From assembly GCA_964035545.1 (NCBI GenBank), contig OZ037765.1, positions 3,348,001-3,412,000 of the forward strand: a stretch of 64,000 bases of DNA, given 5' to 3'. The translations under genes were made by a program, and so were the position numbers. This DNA comes from Bugula neritina. Its lineage: Eukaryota; Animalia; Bryozoa. The number at the start of each line of letters is the position of its first letter. Within the stretch, counting starts at the first letter, position 1. Under the pieces are notes generated by a model. The model saw nothing but the letters and a program-made list of their open reading frames with translations, did not search any database and was not told the DNA's origin. This document shows, one piece after another, positions 33,135 through 47,991 of this stretch.

Positions 33135-35086
33135 GTTAACACTACTTAGTAATGTCTACACACTGAAGTAGTGTTTAGTAAAGTTATGCTTCTATACAAA
33201 TAAATCACAATAGCCAGAGTTTTTCACTATTAGCGGCTACTATAATATATGTATTGTACTTGAAAGAATACAAAGTCACAAGACTGTATCACAAGGAGGA
33301 AGTTGAAAACTCTATTCAAATATTCCAGTCAGTATTGTATAATAATAAGTATTCAATTTTTCACTCCCAATGCATTTTGTTATTTTGAAAGTTGTGTCCC
33401 CTGTACTAGGTAATAGAAGTTGCACTGATTCAATATATTGTTAGGATCATGTAATAAAAGGATTGCTCCTTAATTCATTATAGATAAAGCTACCAGACAT
33501 ACACCAGTCAGCAAGGGAGGTAATTAAGTAACATTAGTTTAGGATCAGGTTTAGGTGCAGATTAACTCTTAATATTAAAGAAAGCAAATAATGGAAGCAT
33601 CCACTTTCACCTTTAAACAATTCCACTTCTATTTTTGCTGATTGAATAAAAAATTTCAAAATAAAGTTATACTGTCTAAAAATTAATTCCAATTTTCTAG
33701 CATTTGTATTTGCATACACGTCTGTAGTTAGATGATTGTGAATATAGCTATATTAGGATAGTTGATTGCATAAAAATAAAAAGCAAGTTTACACTATCTT
33801 ATAACATAATAACTTTTGAATAAGTAAATGTGAAAGTTCAGAAAAAAATATATACCTATGGTTATGTTTCAACAAAGAATTTGAAACACTATTTTGTAGA
33901 GCAGGAAACTAACACAAGCATAACATTTGACTAAATATTTCACTCATTTCCTTTAAGGTTTTTATGCATAAAAACCACATTTCGCTGCAAAGCACTCAGC
34001 TGGCTTTGAATAATAAAAGCTGCCAAGTCTACTTATATGAATAATTAGGATACATGAGTGTTTTGTGTTCTCTGTTTAAAAGTTGTCTCCTCGATAAACT
34101 GCAAAACCTAATATAAAACTTACTCAAATGACATTCAATGTTTAATATTTGCTAATAGCTTTGATGATTTTCTACATCTCTTGACTCCCATATAGTATTT
34201 GTAAATTGCTAAGAAAAAGCTGTTTCATACTGAGTGTCTGGCAAAGTCACACTCTATAGTCACCATAATGCATTTATGTCTTCTGAATAATGATAATAAT
34301 AATACATGCAGTTCTGTATATCAGAGTTAATAAAAGCAGGGCCAAAATAAAATCGACAATAAAATAAGTCAAAAGTTGTGCAACCTCAACAACTGTTACA
34401 GCTATCTGATTTCTAATTTCTGGCATAAATACATTGTTATGCTCTAATGCCAAATGCCAAGGTTATATTTTCGTACAATAAAAATACATGTGAATCATTT
34501 CACAGTTTCAACACAAATATTTTATAATTTTATTTTTTAATTAGTTTTATTATATTATAGTAATAATGGAAGTGCTTTATATATTATAGGTAATATGAAT
34601 AGTTATGTAAACAGGCAGTTAGTATAGAATCATTTTTTGCAAGAAAAACAATTTCTAAAGCATATTATAGAGCAATATACATTACAAATAAATTTAGTCA
34701 GAAATAGTTTATTCATATTCTGTAATCCAAAAGCTAGCAGCTAAAATTATGATGACAAAATTTACTTTAATATGGACAAGAAAATTTAAACAAATCAAGC
34801 AGGAAGCATATTTCTATAAAACAGTGGAAGTGCAGATATGTAGTTTCAAGCAATAGTAAGTACCATATAAAATAAAATATTTTCTTAAACTTGGTTTAAT
34901 CTAAAACAAGATGAATGGATTTCTTATTTTAATCCAACAGAGACCTATAAAGTTATTTTTTATAAGATCATAGTTTTAAAACACTAATATGAAATGCACA
35001 TTTAAGACATTAACTTTTAACATTTAACTTCTGGCATATTAAAAAACTCGGTAAGCAGTAAGAATTGTTTCTGAATTAAGTTTGTT

Positions 35087-38000
35087 TCAAGCTTTGTTGC
35101 TGATTGTTGAAGTATTTTCATAGCAGACGGCTTCCATCTGTTTAGTTACTTTCTCATAGACATGGTCATCTGATGTGGCTTGGGAACTTGTTGTCTCATA
35201 CTGAGCGCTTTGTACTGGTACATTTTGTGTACCACCCTGATTCTTGGAAGATGTAGGTGTCAGGCCCACTTCTTCATACTCAGGATTAGGCTGAGCTCTA
35301 TTCCCTTTAGACTCAGTACCAGAAGATCTTCTCACTAACATCACAATAATAATCACTACTAGTATAATGATAATGAAACCCATTGGAACACCAACTGCTA
35401 CTCCGACCACCCAGCCTGTTGTAAAAACAATAATATACCAATTATTTCTATATAAAATTTATAAACATGTTTAGGCTATAAATAATTATTGTTGAAGAAA
35501 GTTTTTTGTATGTAAAAAATCCTTGAGCTAAAAGAATGCTGCTAAACATATTCAAAACTAAAACAATGGCGACACATACAGTAGACTGACACATACATTA
35601 GACTGACACATACAGTAGACTGACAGATACAGGAGATTGACACATGCAGTATACTGACACATCCAGTATACTGACACATACAGTATACTGACACATACAG
35701 TAAAGTGACACATACAGTAGACTGACACATACAGTAGACTGACACATACAGTAGACTGACACATACAGTAGACTGACACATACAGTAGACAGACACATAC
35801 AGTAGACTGACACATACAGTATACTGACACATACAGTAAACTGACACATACAGTATAGAGTGACACATGCAGTAGAGTGACACATACAGTAGACTGACAC
35901 ATACAGTAGACTGCAACATACAGGAGACTGACACATACAATAGACTGACACATGCAGTATAGCTGACAATACATTACAAAGATGGCTGACACATACCTTT
36001 AGTTGGTAGTTCACAAATAGGAGGATTGTCAGACCATTCTCCTTTACCATCTACTAATTCACATGTGATGATAGCAGGGCCTTCTCTGATAAATCCTTCT
36101 TTACAGTTGTAAGACACAGCAGAACCCAAGTTCCAGCTTTTTTCAATAACTGGTGTTTCAATACCTGCTACAGATTGTGGTGTTGAGCATGTGATTGGTT
36201 GAACCACTAAAGCAAAAAAATATAGTAACCTTCTTTGTAATTTTAATAAAGATAAAATAGTGTCATTTAATTTTTATTAAAGCTGATAATGCAAACTGAT
36301 AATAAAAATAGTTAATTTTATTTGTTTACTAAAAAATAGATGTAATTCCATACTATAAGTATGTTTCAAACCTACGTCTTACAGACTCTGCACCAGGAAT
36401 AGTGGTAAGCTTCAAAACATTCTTTTCAGTCTTAGCCTTAAATCCCACAGCAATATGATAAGAGTATTGGTTGTCTAGAGGTCTGTTCCAGTATCCACCA
36501 TATGTCTGGTTATCACCAACACTAAGTGAGGATGAGTAGTTGGTAACAGGAAATGATGCTGTTATATAAACAGTCACATTGTCTATGCTATCTACAGTAA
36601 TGAATCTCTTTTTCCTGGATGACAACTTTTCAACAACAATAACCATGGAGTCATATCCTTTCAGAATATCACCAGATGATGTGATGTTTGGTAGAGGTAC
36701 TGTAATGGTTTCCTCTGACGGGATGACTATAAAATTGTCATTGCTGTAGGTCAACACTAGCTCTAAAAAAGCAATTACATTGTTTATTATATAGCAATAG
36801 CTAACTAAAATTTTTAGATTAGCCAAGCTTTCTGAGTTTATATTTCTTGCAAAGTTTTTTGCGTTTCAAAGTTTGAAGCTTCATGCACCAAAGTATTTTC
36901 AAAGTATTGTGGGTAAATTTTCACCTACCTTTAGGTTTAGTCCAGAACACAACTTCCCTAGAACTTTCTCCAAACTCATTTTCAGACAGAAGAGCTTCAA
37001 CTGTACAGCTGTATTCTACTTGACTATAGAGTGATTCTATAGTTAGAGAGGTGGTAGAAGAGTCAGATGTGTTATAGTAACTCACTGAGTTTACTGTCAC
37101 ACTATCATTAAAAGTGTTGTTAGCTGTGATGCATGTAACCTGTAGGCAGTGAATGTGTATTAAAACAGTATATAACACATAGCAAATGTCATTAATTCAT
37201 GCGTGATAAAATAACTAAAGGAACGTAGAAGCACCTTTAAACAAGGATATATAGCAAATTGACTTGACATTAAAAACCATTTAGATATGTTCTCATATTC
37301 ACTTGGTACTGTTGAATAGAGTAGATCTTATCTGTATAAACTACTGGAGACCAGGAGATGGTAACTGAGGTAGAAGTTCTGGTATCAACTGTCAGTCCAT
37401 CAGGTGAGTTGGGTGCTACAAAGAAAATGGGATAAAAAATTACACTTGTCATATTTTTAGAGTTCTGTTGGGCTAGAGACGAAGTGTGTCAGGGCTGCAA
37501 AGGTTTCATACCAATATCGATCAAATTTCAGTTTTATCCATATATACACTTTAGTGCATCCTTGCTTGATTGACATTAGTGTCTTTATATATAAACACAA
37601 ATAATTTGAAGATAAAATTTATGTCTTCACTATATATTAGTTGTAATTTCTGCATTGTAACATAAATCCTATTAGATGTAAGGAAAAGTAAAATATTATT
37701 TGACACTATAAATAGAAACCTGTTAACTTTTATGTTCTTAAAGCACACACACACACACACACGCACACGCACACGCACACACACACACATATTATGTACA
37801 TGCACATATATAATATACACATGTAAAAATGCTCTCACATGCACACGCATGCACATTGTATGCAAGAGCAAAATTTTTTGACATGGCAAGTTTAATATAT
37901 ACTAAATATAGTAATAACTTCCACGCACCTTTACTAGTCGTGTATTTTTCTTGCCATATGATATTCTCATGTCCATCTAGTAGTTCTACTTTAATAGTCA

Positions 38001-41000
38001 GTTCAAAGGTCACACCTTGCTGTATAGTGAAAGTCCATTGGCCTGTCTTTCTCTGATTGGATAATTGTCCACTTCCATAAGTTAATGTAACACTGGATAC
38101 ACAGTCATCAGCTTCCTGTTACAGTGAATAAGGTATTTATTTATATAATTGAAAATATAGGTTTCACCATTATATTATGCTAAACCTATATGCATTGAAG
38201 AGCAGTATAAAAATATAACAGTCTAAATTAATTGAGATGTATCTTTAATTATAAACCTAATTTATCTCTTTTATAGTAACACTATGAACAAGTTTAAAAT
38301 TTATGCAAGTAAAATGTTGCTAATTATATTTCAATTTTGAGAAAATTTAATAAGCTAATTAATTTGTTCACATTGCCTCAACTGCATATACTTTTAGAGT
38401 ATCAGCAAAATGTTATATGTCTAAAATCAATATATAATCCAAAAGTCTAGATTAAGAAGAAAAACATAGACTTACAAGCGAGGGTACGAACACAGTAAGT
38501 ATTCTCTCTTCTTCTAGTTTTAGAATCCCAGTTTCTGTTATGATAGCATCTCCAGGTGTTAACTTACCTCTTTCTTCAGTATATATAAATCATTTTAAAT
38601 ATATTTACTAAAAAAGGTGTACCTAACAGAAACAAATAGTTGAGATTCAAGGGAGATAACTCCAACCTTCAGAAAACATAGTTTTTACCTGTAGACTGTA
38701 GACATGCAGGAAATATTTTTTTCATCTGCCAAGTAAAAATTATTTGATTACCAATCAACTAGTTTACCTGCACAGAACAGAGCACTGACTGTATAGACAT
38801 CTTGTATTAACTCTTCACCATTATAATTCCTCACAGTAGATACTCTAGCATAGTGAGGTTGTTGTATATTCAGATTACTAATCACAGTCTCTCTGTAGTC
38901 TATAGAAACTAATTTAGAGCTTATTATTATGTTGAAGTTGGAGTTGTCTGAACATTCTATTTTAAAATGAGTAGTTGTGAGCTCCTGATTGGGTGCAGTG
39001 GCTGGAAATTCCCATGTAATTCTAATTTCTCCTGGTGACACATCTGTGTGAGAAAATACTGGGTCTCCAGACAGCTTCAGGATTTCTAAAAATTTTAAGA
39101 AAAAGAAAATTTAAAGCAGTGTACGCCAAAAATCACCCAACTAATGAGAATGAAAATAATACAACTTTATCTCTTTACAATTATAGCAAACTATACCAAG
39201 TATAGCTTAATGAATATGAATATTTTATATAAAATAATGGTATTTATATAGATTCTACAACGTTAACAAATATATAGTTCGCAGCAAAGATTTTAGACAA
39301 AGTTTGCATAACAGCCTTCAAGTTTTAAATTTGAGCCTATAGAGAGTGCATCTCCGAAAGTATGCATGTTTACACGAAAAACAAAAAAAAAGAATTTTAT
39401 GATGCAGTTTTGTTAGTTTGGTAAACTAAGACTATATATGACAATAGTCTAACAAAACAAACATGGATGGTTTGATTTAAATACAAATGACTAGCTACAC
39501 TTAAGTAGAAACCATTTGAATAATGGTTAATATTCAAGCGGATGTGTGAAAATTGACTAACATAATTTTTGCTCAACCTATATTCTTGGAGGAATAATAT
39601 ATTTTCACATCTCCTTTCCTTAACTAAGCTGATAATATAACTTTACACTTTGAGAAAAAAAGAGTGCTTGCTTTTAAACATTTAGGTAAAAAATGGTTTT
39701 ACCTTGTGCGACTTGTAGTAAACTTATATAGTAAAATAATATGTAAGGAAAGCTTTGAATCTGACGCCTGCAGTTAAAAACATGCCTGGGATTTATTTTT
39801 GCAATATATTATATTTTGGTTTGTAGTCATTCTACAAGTTACAATGTAACAGAAAATTAAACAAGTAATTTGTAAGCTACCGGGTATATAAAAAATTATT
39901 CAACTTTGTACCACCATATTTATCTGTAAGTCAAATATTCAAATACTTTTATATAATATGCACTATAATATATAGTTTTACTGGCTAAGAGAGAAAAACT
40001 TACATTTAGTCACTGTCAAACACATAATTGTAAAACTTTCTCTCCCTCCCACGCTAGGATACCCACTTTAGACCTTCGACTTGCTTAATCAAGAGAGCTA
40101 GCAAGTCACACATCACGGATTCCAAACAACAATAAAGTTCTGACTGTAAAATTACACTTTTCACAAAGCTATAATGCAATATATATATATATATTTAGTT
40201 CATTAAGATATTACTTATAGCTGTTATGGAACACCAAGTTTGCTATGTGAATGATTAGAGTTTTGGTTATGTGAATGTAGCTTGTAATTGTAGGAGAAGA
40301 AAAAATTGTTGACTTTCTCAACTTTCAGTATAAAAAAAGCTTGAAGCTCTACTCTATAGTCTCACACATTTCTACATCACCCTTTCCCAACTGACAACAC
40401 AAAATTTACTTCCCATTTCATACCAGTTGTGACTCAATCTCATTGCACATTTGCTAATTACAGATAATGAGCACAAGTAGCTGTAAGATCTAGTGAGTAA
40501 AATATACACCAAAATATATTTAAAATGGTCACAGATCGTGCTGATGTGCACTCGTTATTGGTCAACAATATACGGCGCATTGCACCAGTATAATATAATC
40601 ACCTGCTATGTAGGCTCTCAGTGCTACTCCTCTAGGTTCTGTGACAACATCTGAAAGTGTGAGTCTGTCTACTCTGTTTCTATTAGGATTCATTTTGCGT
40701 ATATAAGCTGGGGGATCATCATTTGGCCCATTTGGTATAAATGAGACGAGGTTACCTCTACAACCAGATATACTCAAGTCTTCTACATACAGAGCAAGCA
40801 AGTCTCCTTTTCTAACTACTTCTGTAGAGTTCTGTACAAACTGGAATCTGATTTCTCCTGTAGATACATCTTCAGGTGTGAGTAGAGTTTCTGTAATCAG
40901 ATTGAATACAGCAGAGTTACCTTCTCCTGTCTGTCTCCAAATAGCAGCATATGAGTCACAGTAGTCAGTAGAACGACCAATCATATACTTCCAGCCAACT

Positions 41001-44000
41001 AAATATCCGTCTGCTTCTATCTTATAGTTAAAAAGTAACATGAACACATTTCCAGCTGATCCATAATTTATTATCTGTGTGTTGGTTGTACTGTCAGAGT
41101 TATCTGAAAATAATAATATTTTATTCCTATAATAAAATATCTTATTTATCAGGTATGTGCAAACCACTTTTAATATACAAATTTACATCTTGATTATATA
41201 GCCCACTATTTAATTATGCCAGTATATAAAATTGTACTTTTTTTTATAAATTGTATTTTCTGAAAAATTAGTTGCATGAGACGGCTGGCAGGAAAAAGGG
41301 GGTGGAGATTTGGCACAATTTGAACTCAACGAAAAGATTACTCAAACATACCTTAATCAATATAATTAGTTACACACCACCAAAAAATACGAGATGGCAT
41401 ATCACCATCTTACTAAACATGCAGAGGGTGATGAAATATAACACTATCTTGTGCAAACATAAAATAACAAAAAAATATTGCTGGAGAAAATATAAAGAAG
41501 ACTTTTTAATCAGTCAAAAAAATTATAGTAGGTCTCAGCTTAGCATGTGACCTTTAATTTCATACTAAATAATGATGTGGTACTTTGTGCACTTGCATGC
41601 TGATGAACAATGCTTTTTTACTTTTTATATATGAATCAGATTTATAGGAAAATATTTATTTGAACTCATTTTAAAATTAATTAGACAATTAGTAGGCCAT
41701 GCAATAGTTAAACTGTTTGTTTTAGTTTCAACAGTTTACATCAGTACTTTTGCACAAGTTTGTTATACCAATATTGAAAAGTCTACATTATGTCATTATT
41801 AATTTTAGATGTGCATTAGCCTGAATTTATAGTTTGTCTTATCAATTTACAAATATACAAAAGCATTTTTGTCTTTGAACGTAAAAAATTTTTTAGTAGT
41901 ACATATACATATGAGATGTTAATTCAAATAATTGGAGTTAAAACGTGTTAATTCTTTTGTTGTAAATGTAGAGTTTTGCTAATAGCAATTATAATAGAAA
42001 ATTACCAACATTCACAATTGTTTCTATAATAGCTACAGAATTACGTAATGTCCTTTATTTTTTATTTTTAAAAATATACAAGTTAAGCCGCTATAATAGC
42101 TGTATCTATTCCAACAATTGAATATAGCCTACTTGCACATTAGCTATAATCTAAATGTTCAGTTTTTAATCAATAAGTTTCACTCATTATCATACCTAAA
42201 TACTAGTTTTACTCATACCTGAATACCAGAGAGGGAGGTTAAAGTACTGATAGCTTGTATGCTTATCTGTTGTCACTCCAGCATCATCTGATCTCTTGTT
42301 GACAATCTCACATAATTGATCTCTACTCACTGACTTCACTATAGAACTACAGTTATAACTGACATCTTCATCTTGTAAACAGAAACTCATACAGTCTCTG
42401 AGGTCTGATGTACTCATATCATGGCTGTACTTTTGTATTCCACTGCTTAGATAGTAACCTTTAGTAGCTGTCCATGGCTGCCATATTCCTGACGGAAAAG
42501 AAGATATCTGTACATAGTGGAGCTATAATACTCATTAGTTTAAATCACCAAATATTTCGATTGCCTGATAATATAATAAAGAATTTTTATTTGACAAAAT
42601 TGTTTAATTGATTTCAAAATCACATCTCTTGGGTGACATAAGAATTAAGAAATAATGATCTATTAATTAATATCATGAACAATGTGAAAAATAAAGTTTT
42701 TGAATTATTCAATAAATTTAGATTGAGAGGCTATCTAGCTCTTAACTAAAACTAAGTTATCAAAACTAAATATTGAGGGGTTCCTGTAAAATCTTCTTCT
42801 GAAGAATTAAGTCACAATCCAGCTATCACCTTGTGTATACCAAACTGCCAAGACACGCTTTACCCTAACGTTGACAGTAACAGCAAACGCCAGCAATTTT
42901 TAAAAACATCCAGCCTAGCCCGAACCAGCAGAAGGTAGAAGTTGCACTAAGGACCTAACACTGTTTAATTCAAAAAGTTTCCCCGAGCTTCTATGAGATA
43001 GGAAGACATTCTCAAAGTCAGTTATTGGGTAAAATTTATTTCATCTCATTGGACATTGGCAGTGACATTTTGTTTTTACAGTTACAGTTATGGCAAAGTG
43101 TGTCCTGGATGTAATCTTGCATTAGCAATAACACCAACCTAGCAGATTATATAACTATTGCCAAGCTAACAAAGTTCCATATTCATGAATTATTTATAAG
43201 ATGTTACATTATATTATAAGTTATATAAATAATTAAGTTACAGTTTACCTTCCGATCTATGTCTAAAACAAAATAATTTTACTTTTCACAGCTATCTTCA
43301 ATAGAAAATTGTTTTTAAAACGACTTTTTATGCAACAGGCTGCTAATAAATTCATAACATATTTGGATGGCATGTATGGTTACAATTGTCGAACATTTGC
43401 AAAAAATAAAATCATCTGCAAGGCATGCATCCATTGAAATTGGTTGTCAAATGCTGCATCTGTTTTTCACTGTTTACTTAATTGGCATGCTTCAAGAATT
43501 ATATTGAATCAAATTGAAACTGTCAGAGCTGACAGTAAATTCTATTTTGTTTTCCATTATTCATAAAGGCTAGAATTTTGTAAAATCTGGTTTTTGTTAA
43601 GCTGGAGTCAGCAGTCAGAAATTCAAAAAGCACTTTCAGTTGGTTATTACTCTCAACACTAACTGTAAGGGTACACAACATATATAGGGGTAAGGGGCAG
43701 GGAGGCACAATGGGCCGAATTTTGAATTGTTTGCTCTCATTCATCTGTTTTTCAAGTTACTAGTTCAATAATTTCTAGTCTAAATGCTACACCAGTTGGT
43801 TGTTTCTATCTCTTTCTCAACTTTCAGAATAATGAAATTTTCATGACAAAAAATGACCCATTGTGCCCGGTACCTGTGGGACACAACAAATACATTGAAA
43901 CTTTGCTGATTTGATTGCATCTGATCTTTATTTATTTAATATACAAAAATATAAATAAAAATAATCTTTCAGATCCACAGCAAAAGTCATGTTTTAGCTG

Positions 44001-45775
44001 TACAGCTTGTATCGCCACGGATAGCAGGGGGAGGCAAAATCAAACACACATCGCTCATTTCTACAGTGCCATTATCATTTCTGTTTAGAACTAATTTTTT
44101 TTTCTATTTCTACTTCACAGGAACTTTCATCAAAAAAACTTCAGTAAAATGTGCTACAAAGTTCTGAGTGGACATTTTTCTATGAACTGTAGCTAAGGTG
44201 AATGACTGAGTTTTTTTATTGGAGTGCGGAAGGGGGAGGGGGAGGAAATGAGCAAATCACAATTTATTTTATAGTCAAATACATATATAATCCCTCAATG
44301 TTATAATGTACTAGCCATCAGTTGCAACAGCAGAGTGTTTTGTATTATGATACAAGATGGCAGCAAAGCTATAACCACACCATGCAGATATATAATATAA
44401 GCAGATTAAGGGAACTTCATCTTGTAGTTTAGTATAGTTTTATACCATGATGTCTTTGACATTTGACAAAAAGGTCAGAACTGGCTGTATCTATAGATTT
44501 TATTAAATTTCAATTAACTTTTGTGGGCAAATAAACTAATAACAGTGATCAGGGTGCAATGATCAGGTGACCCATTGTGCCCGTGTGGCCAAGTTGAAAA
44601 TAAGGAAACTTTATTTCAGAGTTTGCTATTATACTAGTTAAGCAATGTGAAGGCAAACAATGGCAACAATATCAATAAAATATAGGTTTGTTACCTTTGA
44701 GTGTAAAAAGTAATAAAGCCTTATTAACAACATCTTAAAAAAATTACACAAAGTAGGTAAAAACAGTTTTGACTGGCTTCTTCAACATGTATGCTTCACA
44801 AGTGTTGAAACTACGATGGCTCAATGATTATGTCAATACCTTTTCATTAAAAAAATAACAACTCCAAGTCAATAAGTTTTCTGACAATTTGACCGGCTTC
44901 CTGTACCCTTATGACCGTTGTGCCCCATTTACCTCTACTAATTGCTACAGCGGCACGTTGAGAACTAAGCCTATGACAATAGCCTATCAAATACTTAAGC
45001 TATTGTGTTACCAGGAGTTGCCCTACCAGCCATTGCATAGCCAATACAGCTACTTGCTACCACAGATATAAACCCTGATAAACTTAGTGAGCTTTCTCTT
45101 GCATCAATTGACGCTTTGGTAGGTAACTACTTTATGGTATTCTAACACTAATCGAGTAAATTTAGAATATCATAAAACTCACCAGCACAGTCTGGTCTAA
45201 CAGAGTATCTCCACTGACTATCAGAACTACTAATAGTAGCAGTCTGAATATTCTCTGCTAACAGTTGACAGCTTCCATCATCAGTTCTGTAGTTTATTGA
45301 GGCACATATAAATGATGTCTGCTGCATACACTGAGCTCTACACTCATCTTCACTGTTTACAGAGAGAGTCTTTATACTACCAGATGTTATGTAAAGATCT
45401 ATTCTACCCACACCTGATGTCCAGTCACAGGTTAATCCTGAAAATATGTGTATGATGCTATTGCCATAATTTATTCAGGTTATATAATGCTAGCAGGGAA
45501 AGTTTAACGACTTACTAACTTTGTAAAGTTTTTTAGAATAGCAAGAGTTTACTATGGGTTTATACAATTGATAGCTTGTGCTGTTATAATATTTGCATCA
45601 CTGTGTACAATTTCTATGCATAGGCTACAAATACTGGTTATAAAAAACCTAATAGATTACATTATAATAACAGTGCTATATCTAACATATATATACCTTG
45701 TACTGGTGCAGAGATAGACACAGTAACTAGAATGAACCACATTAAGTGAAAACGCAAGGACAGTATTCTCTCCAT
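35087..45775 (-). CDS. Receptor copy D, long form (~985 aa, 12 exons)
   Basis: Exons 45697-45775, 45183-45437, 42219-42488, 40603-41103, 38768-39085, 38476-38573, 37929-38115, 37303-37415, 36929-37139, 36376-36762, 35997-36206, 35087-35415 (2958 nt). The exon 6 acceptor is AAG rather than YAG. Confidence 0.85.
35571..35967. repeat. 17-bp minisatellite (ACATACAGTAGACTGAC)n, about 23 units, in intron 11 of copy D
   Basis: Tandem units read directly. It explains the Cys/Val/Tyr-rich ORFs in three frames. Confidence 0.95.
37744..37788. repeat. (CA)n/(CACACG)n microsatellite
   Basis: Direct reading. Confidence 0.9.
43687..44935. mobile_element. Non-autonomous DNA transposon (TA-flanked, Tc1/mariner-pogo-like) in intron 2 of copy D
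   Basis: Homology to copy C intron 2 stops at ~43686. Imperfect TIRs are TA|GGGGTAAG...GGCACAATGG and CCGTTGTGCCCCATTTACCTC|TA. The motif GACCCATTGTGCCC recurs internally at ~43855 and ~44569. Confidence 0.65.
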
Positions 45776-47991
45776 GTTGACACTACTAAGTAATTTATAT
45801 ACACTGAGGTAGTGCTTAGTAAAGTTATGCTTCTATACAAATGAATCACAATAGCTAGAGTATTTTACTATAAGTGGCTGCTATAAATGTATTGTATACC
45901 TAAAAGAATAAAAAGTCACAAGACTGCATTACAAGGAGGAAGTTGAAAAACTCTATTCAAATATTCCAGTCAGTATTGCATAATAATAAGTATTCAAACT
46001 TTTCACTCCCAAAGTAATTTGTTATGATGAAGGTTGTGTACTAGGTGATAGCAAGTTGAGCTGATTCAATATGTTGTTAAGATGTAATGAAAGTATTGCT
46101 CCTTCATTATACATAAAAATACTAGACATACACTACTCAGTGAGAGAGCTGTTAAAGCAATAGTCAGTAGGATGAGATGTTTGGTTTCAAACTAACTCGG
46201 CATATCTCCTGATATTAAGGAAATCAAATAATTGAAGCATCAACTTTCACATTTATGTACAAAATTCAATTTCTCTCTTTTTTAAAATTGGTAGCTGAAG
46301 ATAAAATGTTGAAGTCAATTTATACCGTTTAAAGATTCATTCCAATTATTTAGCATCTCATATTTATATACATAGTTAGATGAGTGTAGATATTGCTATT
46401 CAACAAAGATAGAAAACAATTTGACACAAGCTGATAAAATAAAAGTTTCTAAATAAGTAAATATGTAAATTGAGAATAGATACCTGTTGTATAGTTGTAT
46501 ATTACCTTTTATTTTTGTTGGTATACAGGCTTCTAGAGAAAAAGCTATGTAAAGCTTGCAGATAAAAAGCTAATGTTTTAGCACACATACTGCTACTTAC
46601 TTTTCTTCTGAATGACTCCGCCTAGTAACATTTTAAATGCTCAATTAAACATATTCACATAATACTTTAATACCTATATTTACCTTTTTAATAAGTTTAT
46701 AATAGTAGAGCACAAAGTTAGCAGAGTACAGCAAAGTTTAACTATAGTAAACTTTGGCTAAATATTTCACCTACTCACTACTTTTTCATACACTAAAATC
46801 TTTTTTAAAAATCTTTTGCAAAGCATTCTACTGACTTAAAATTCTAAAAGCTACTGCCAGTAGCTTTTCAAGTATTAATTCTTGCAGCAGCTTGAGGACT
46901 AATTTCTACTTTTCTGTCATGAATCTACAGTCAGAGATGCTTTGACTCCCTCACCCTTGCTGCCAGAAGTGGCTGTCTCATGACTACTCATATATGATTA
47001 ATCAAGATACATTAATGTGCTATATTTCCTGTTTACAAGTTGTCTCCTCTACCAACTGTGAAATAATTTACTGAAGTAACATTCATTATTTGTACCCATT
47101 GATAAAGTTAATGATTCTCTTCGCCTTGTGACTCTTACTTTTTCTACATATAGTTGAATGAAAGCTGCTGCATAATCAGTGTGTGACAAAACTTTAATGA
47201 TATGATAAACATAACTGCAGCACATTCTAATAACCATAATGTAATTATATCATTCGAACATTGATAATAATAATAATAATAAGCTGTATATTAAAGCAAT
47301 TGAAATCGAGGCCAAAATATGCTCAACGATGAAAGAGCTCTAAGGTCTTGCAACCTCAGCACCTTTTACAGCTCTCTGATGGTCACATATTCTGGTTATA
47401 TATAATATATTATATATACTCCCATGTATACAACTTGTAAAATAATATTTTAGAAGAATATGAAATATATGGAAGTTACACATTATATGGTAGTCATTTT
47501 ACTGCTTTTATGAAGTTGATTCAAAATTAGTTTTTTATAGTAATAAAGGAAGTCCTTGATATATATATTAGTGAAAACGAATAAGAACCCATAAACAAGC
47601 AGTCATGCAGTTGGTATTAAATTATTTTAAAATAAAGTCAATTTCTAATGTATAGATTGATATGCATTAAACATATAAATCAGTCGTAGAACAGTTTAAT
47701 ATTACTTTAGAAGATTATAATATTGTTTTTAGATGGCTGAAGTACATAAATATATGTTCAAACAATAGCAGGTGATCTAAAAAAATATATAATAAAACAA
47801 AATGTATGAATTCATTATTTTATTTAAATAAAAATCTCCATGGTACGATGAAAATATCATGAAATTATAATTTAACATATTACTATAAGTTTCACAACAA
47901 AAGCGTAATTTTTTTTATATTTGAACTCTGGAAAATTTTAAAAGATCAGTAAGTAGTATAAAAGTTGTTTCATCTCAGAAATAAATGAGTT

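Noticed and set aside
35087-35300. Canonical ITIM or ITAM in the tails
   Set aside because: HVYEKV has His at Y-2 and the distal YEN(T/N) lacks the +3 Leu/Ile, so the motifs are only reminiscent.
35571-35967. CRISPR-like array
   Set aside because: The units are contiguous with no unique spacers, there are no cas genes, and the context is eukaryotic.
35542-36050. Cys/Val/Tyr-rich ORFs (also 48443-48781) resembling metallothionein- or keratin-associated proteins
   Set aside because: They are open in all three frames because of a stop-free 17-bp minisatellite within an intron.
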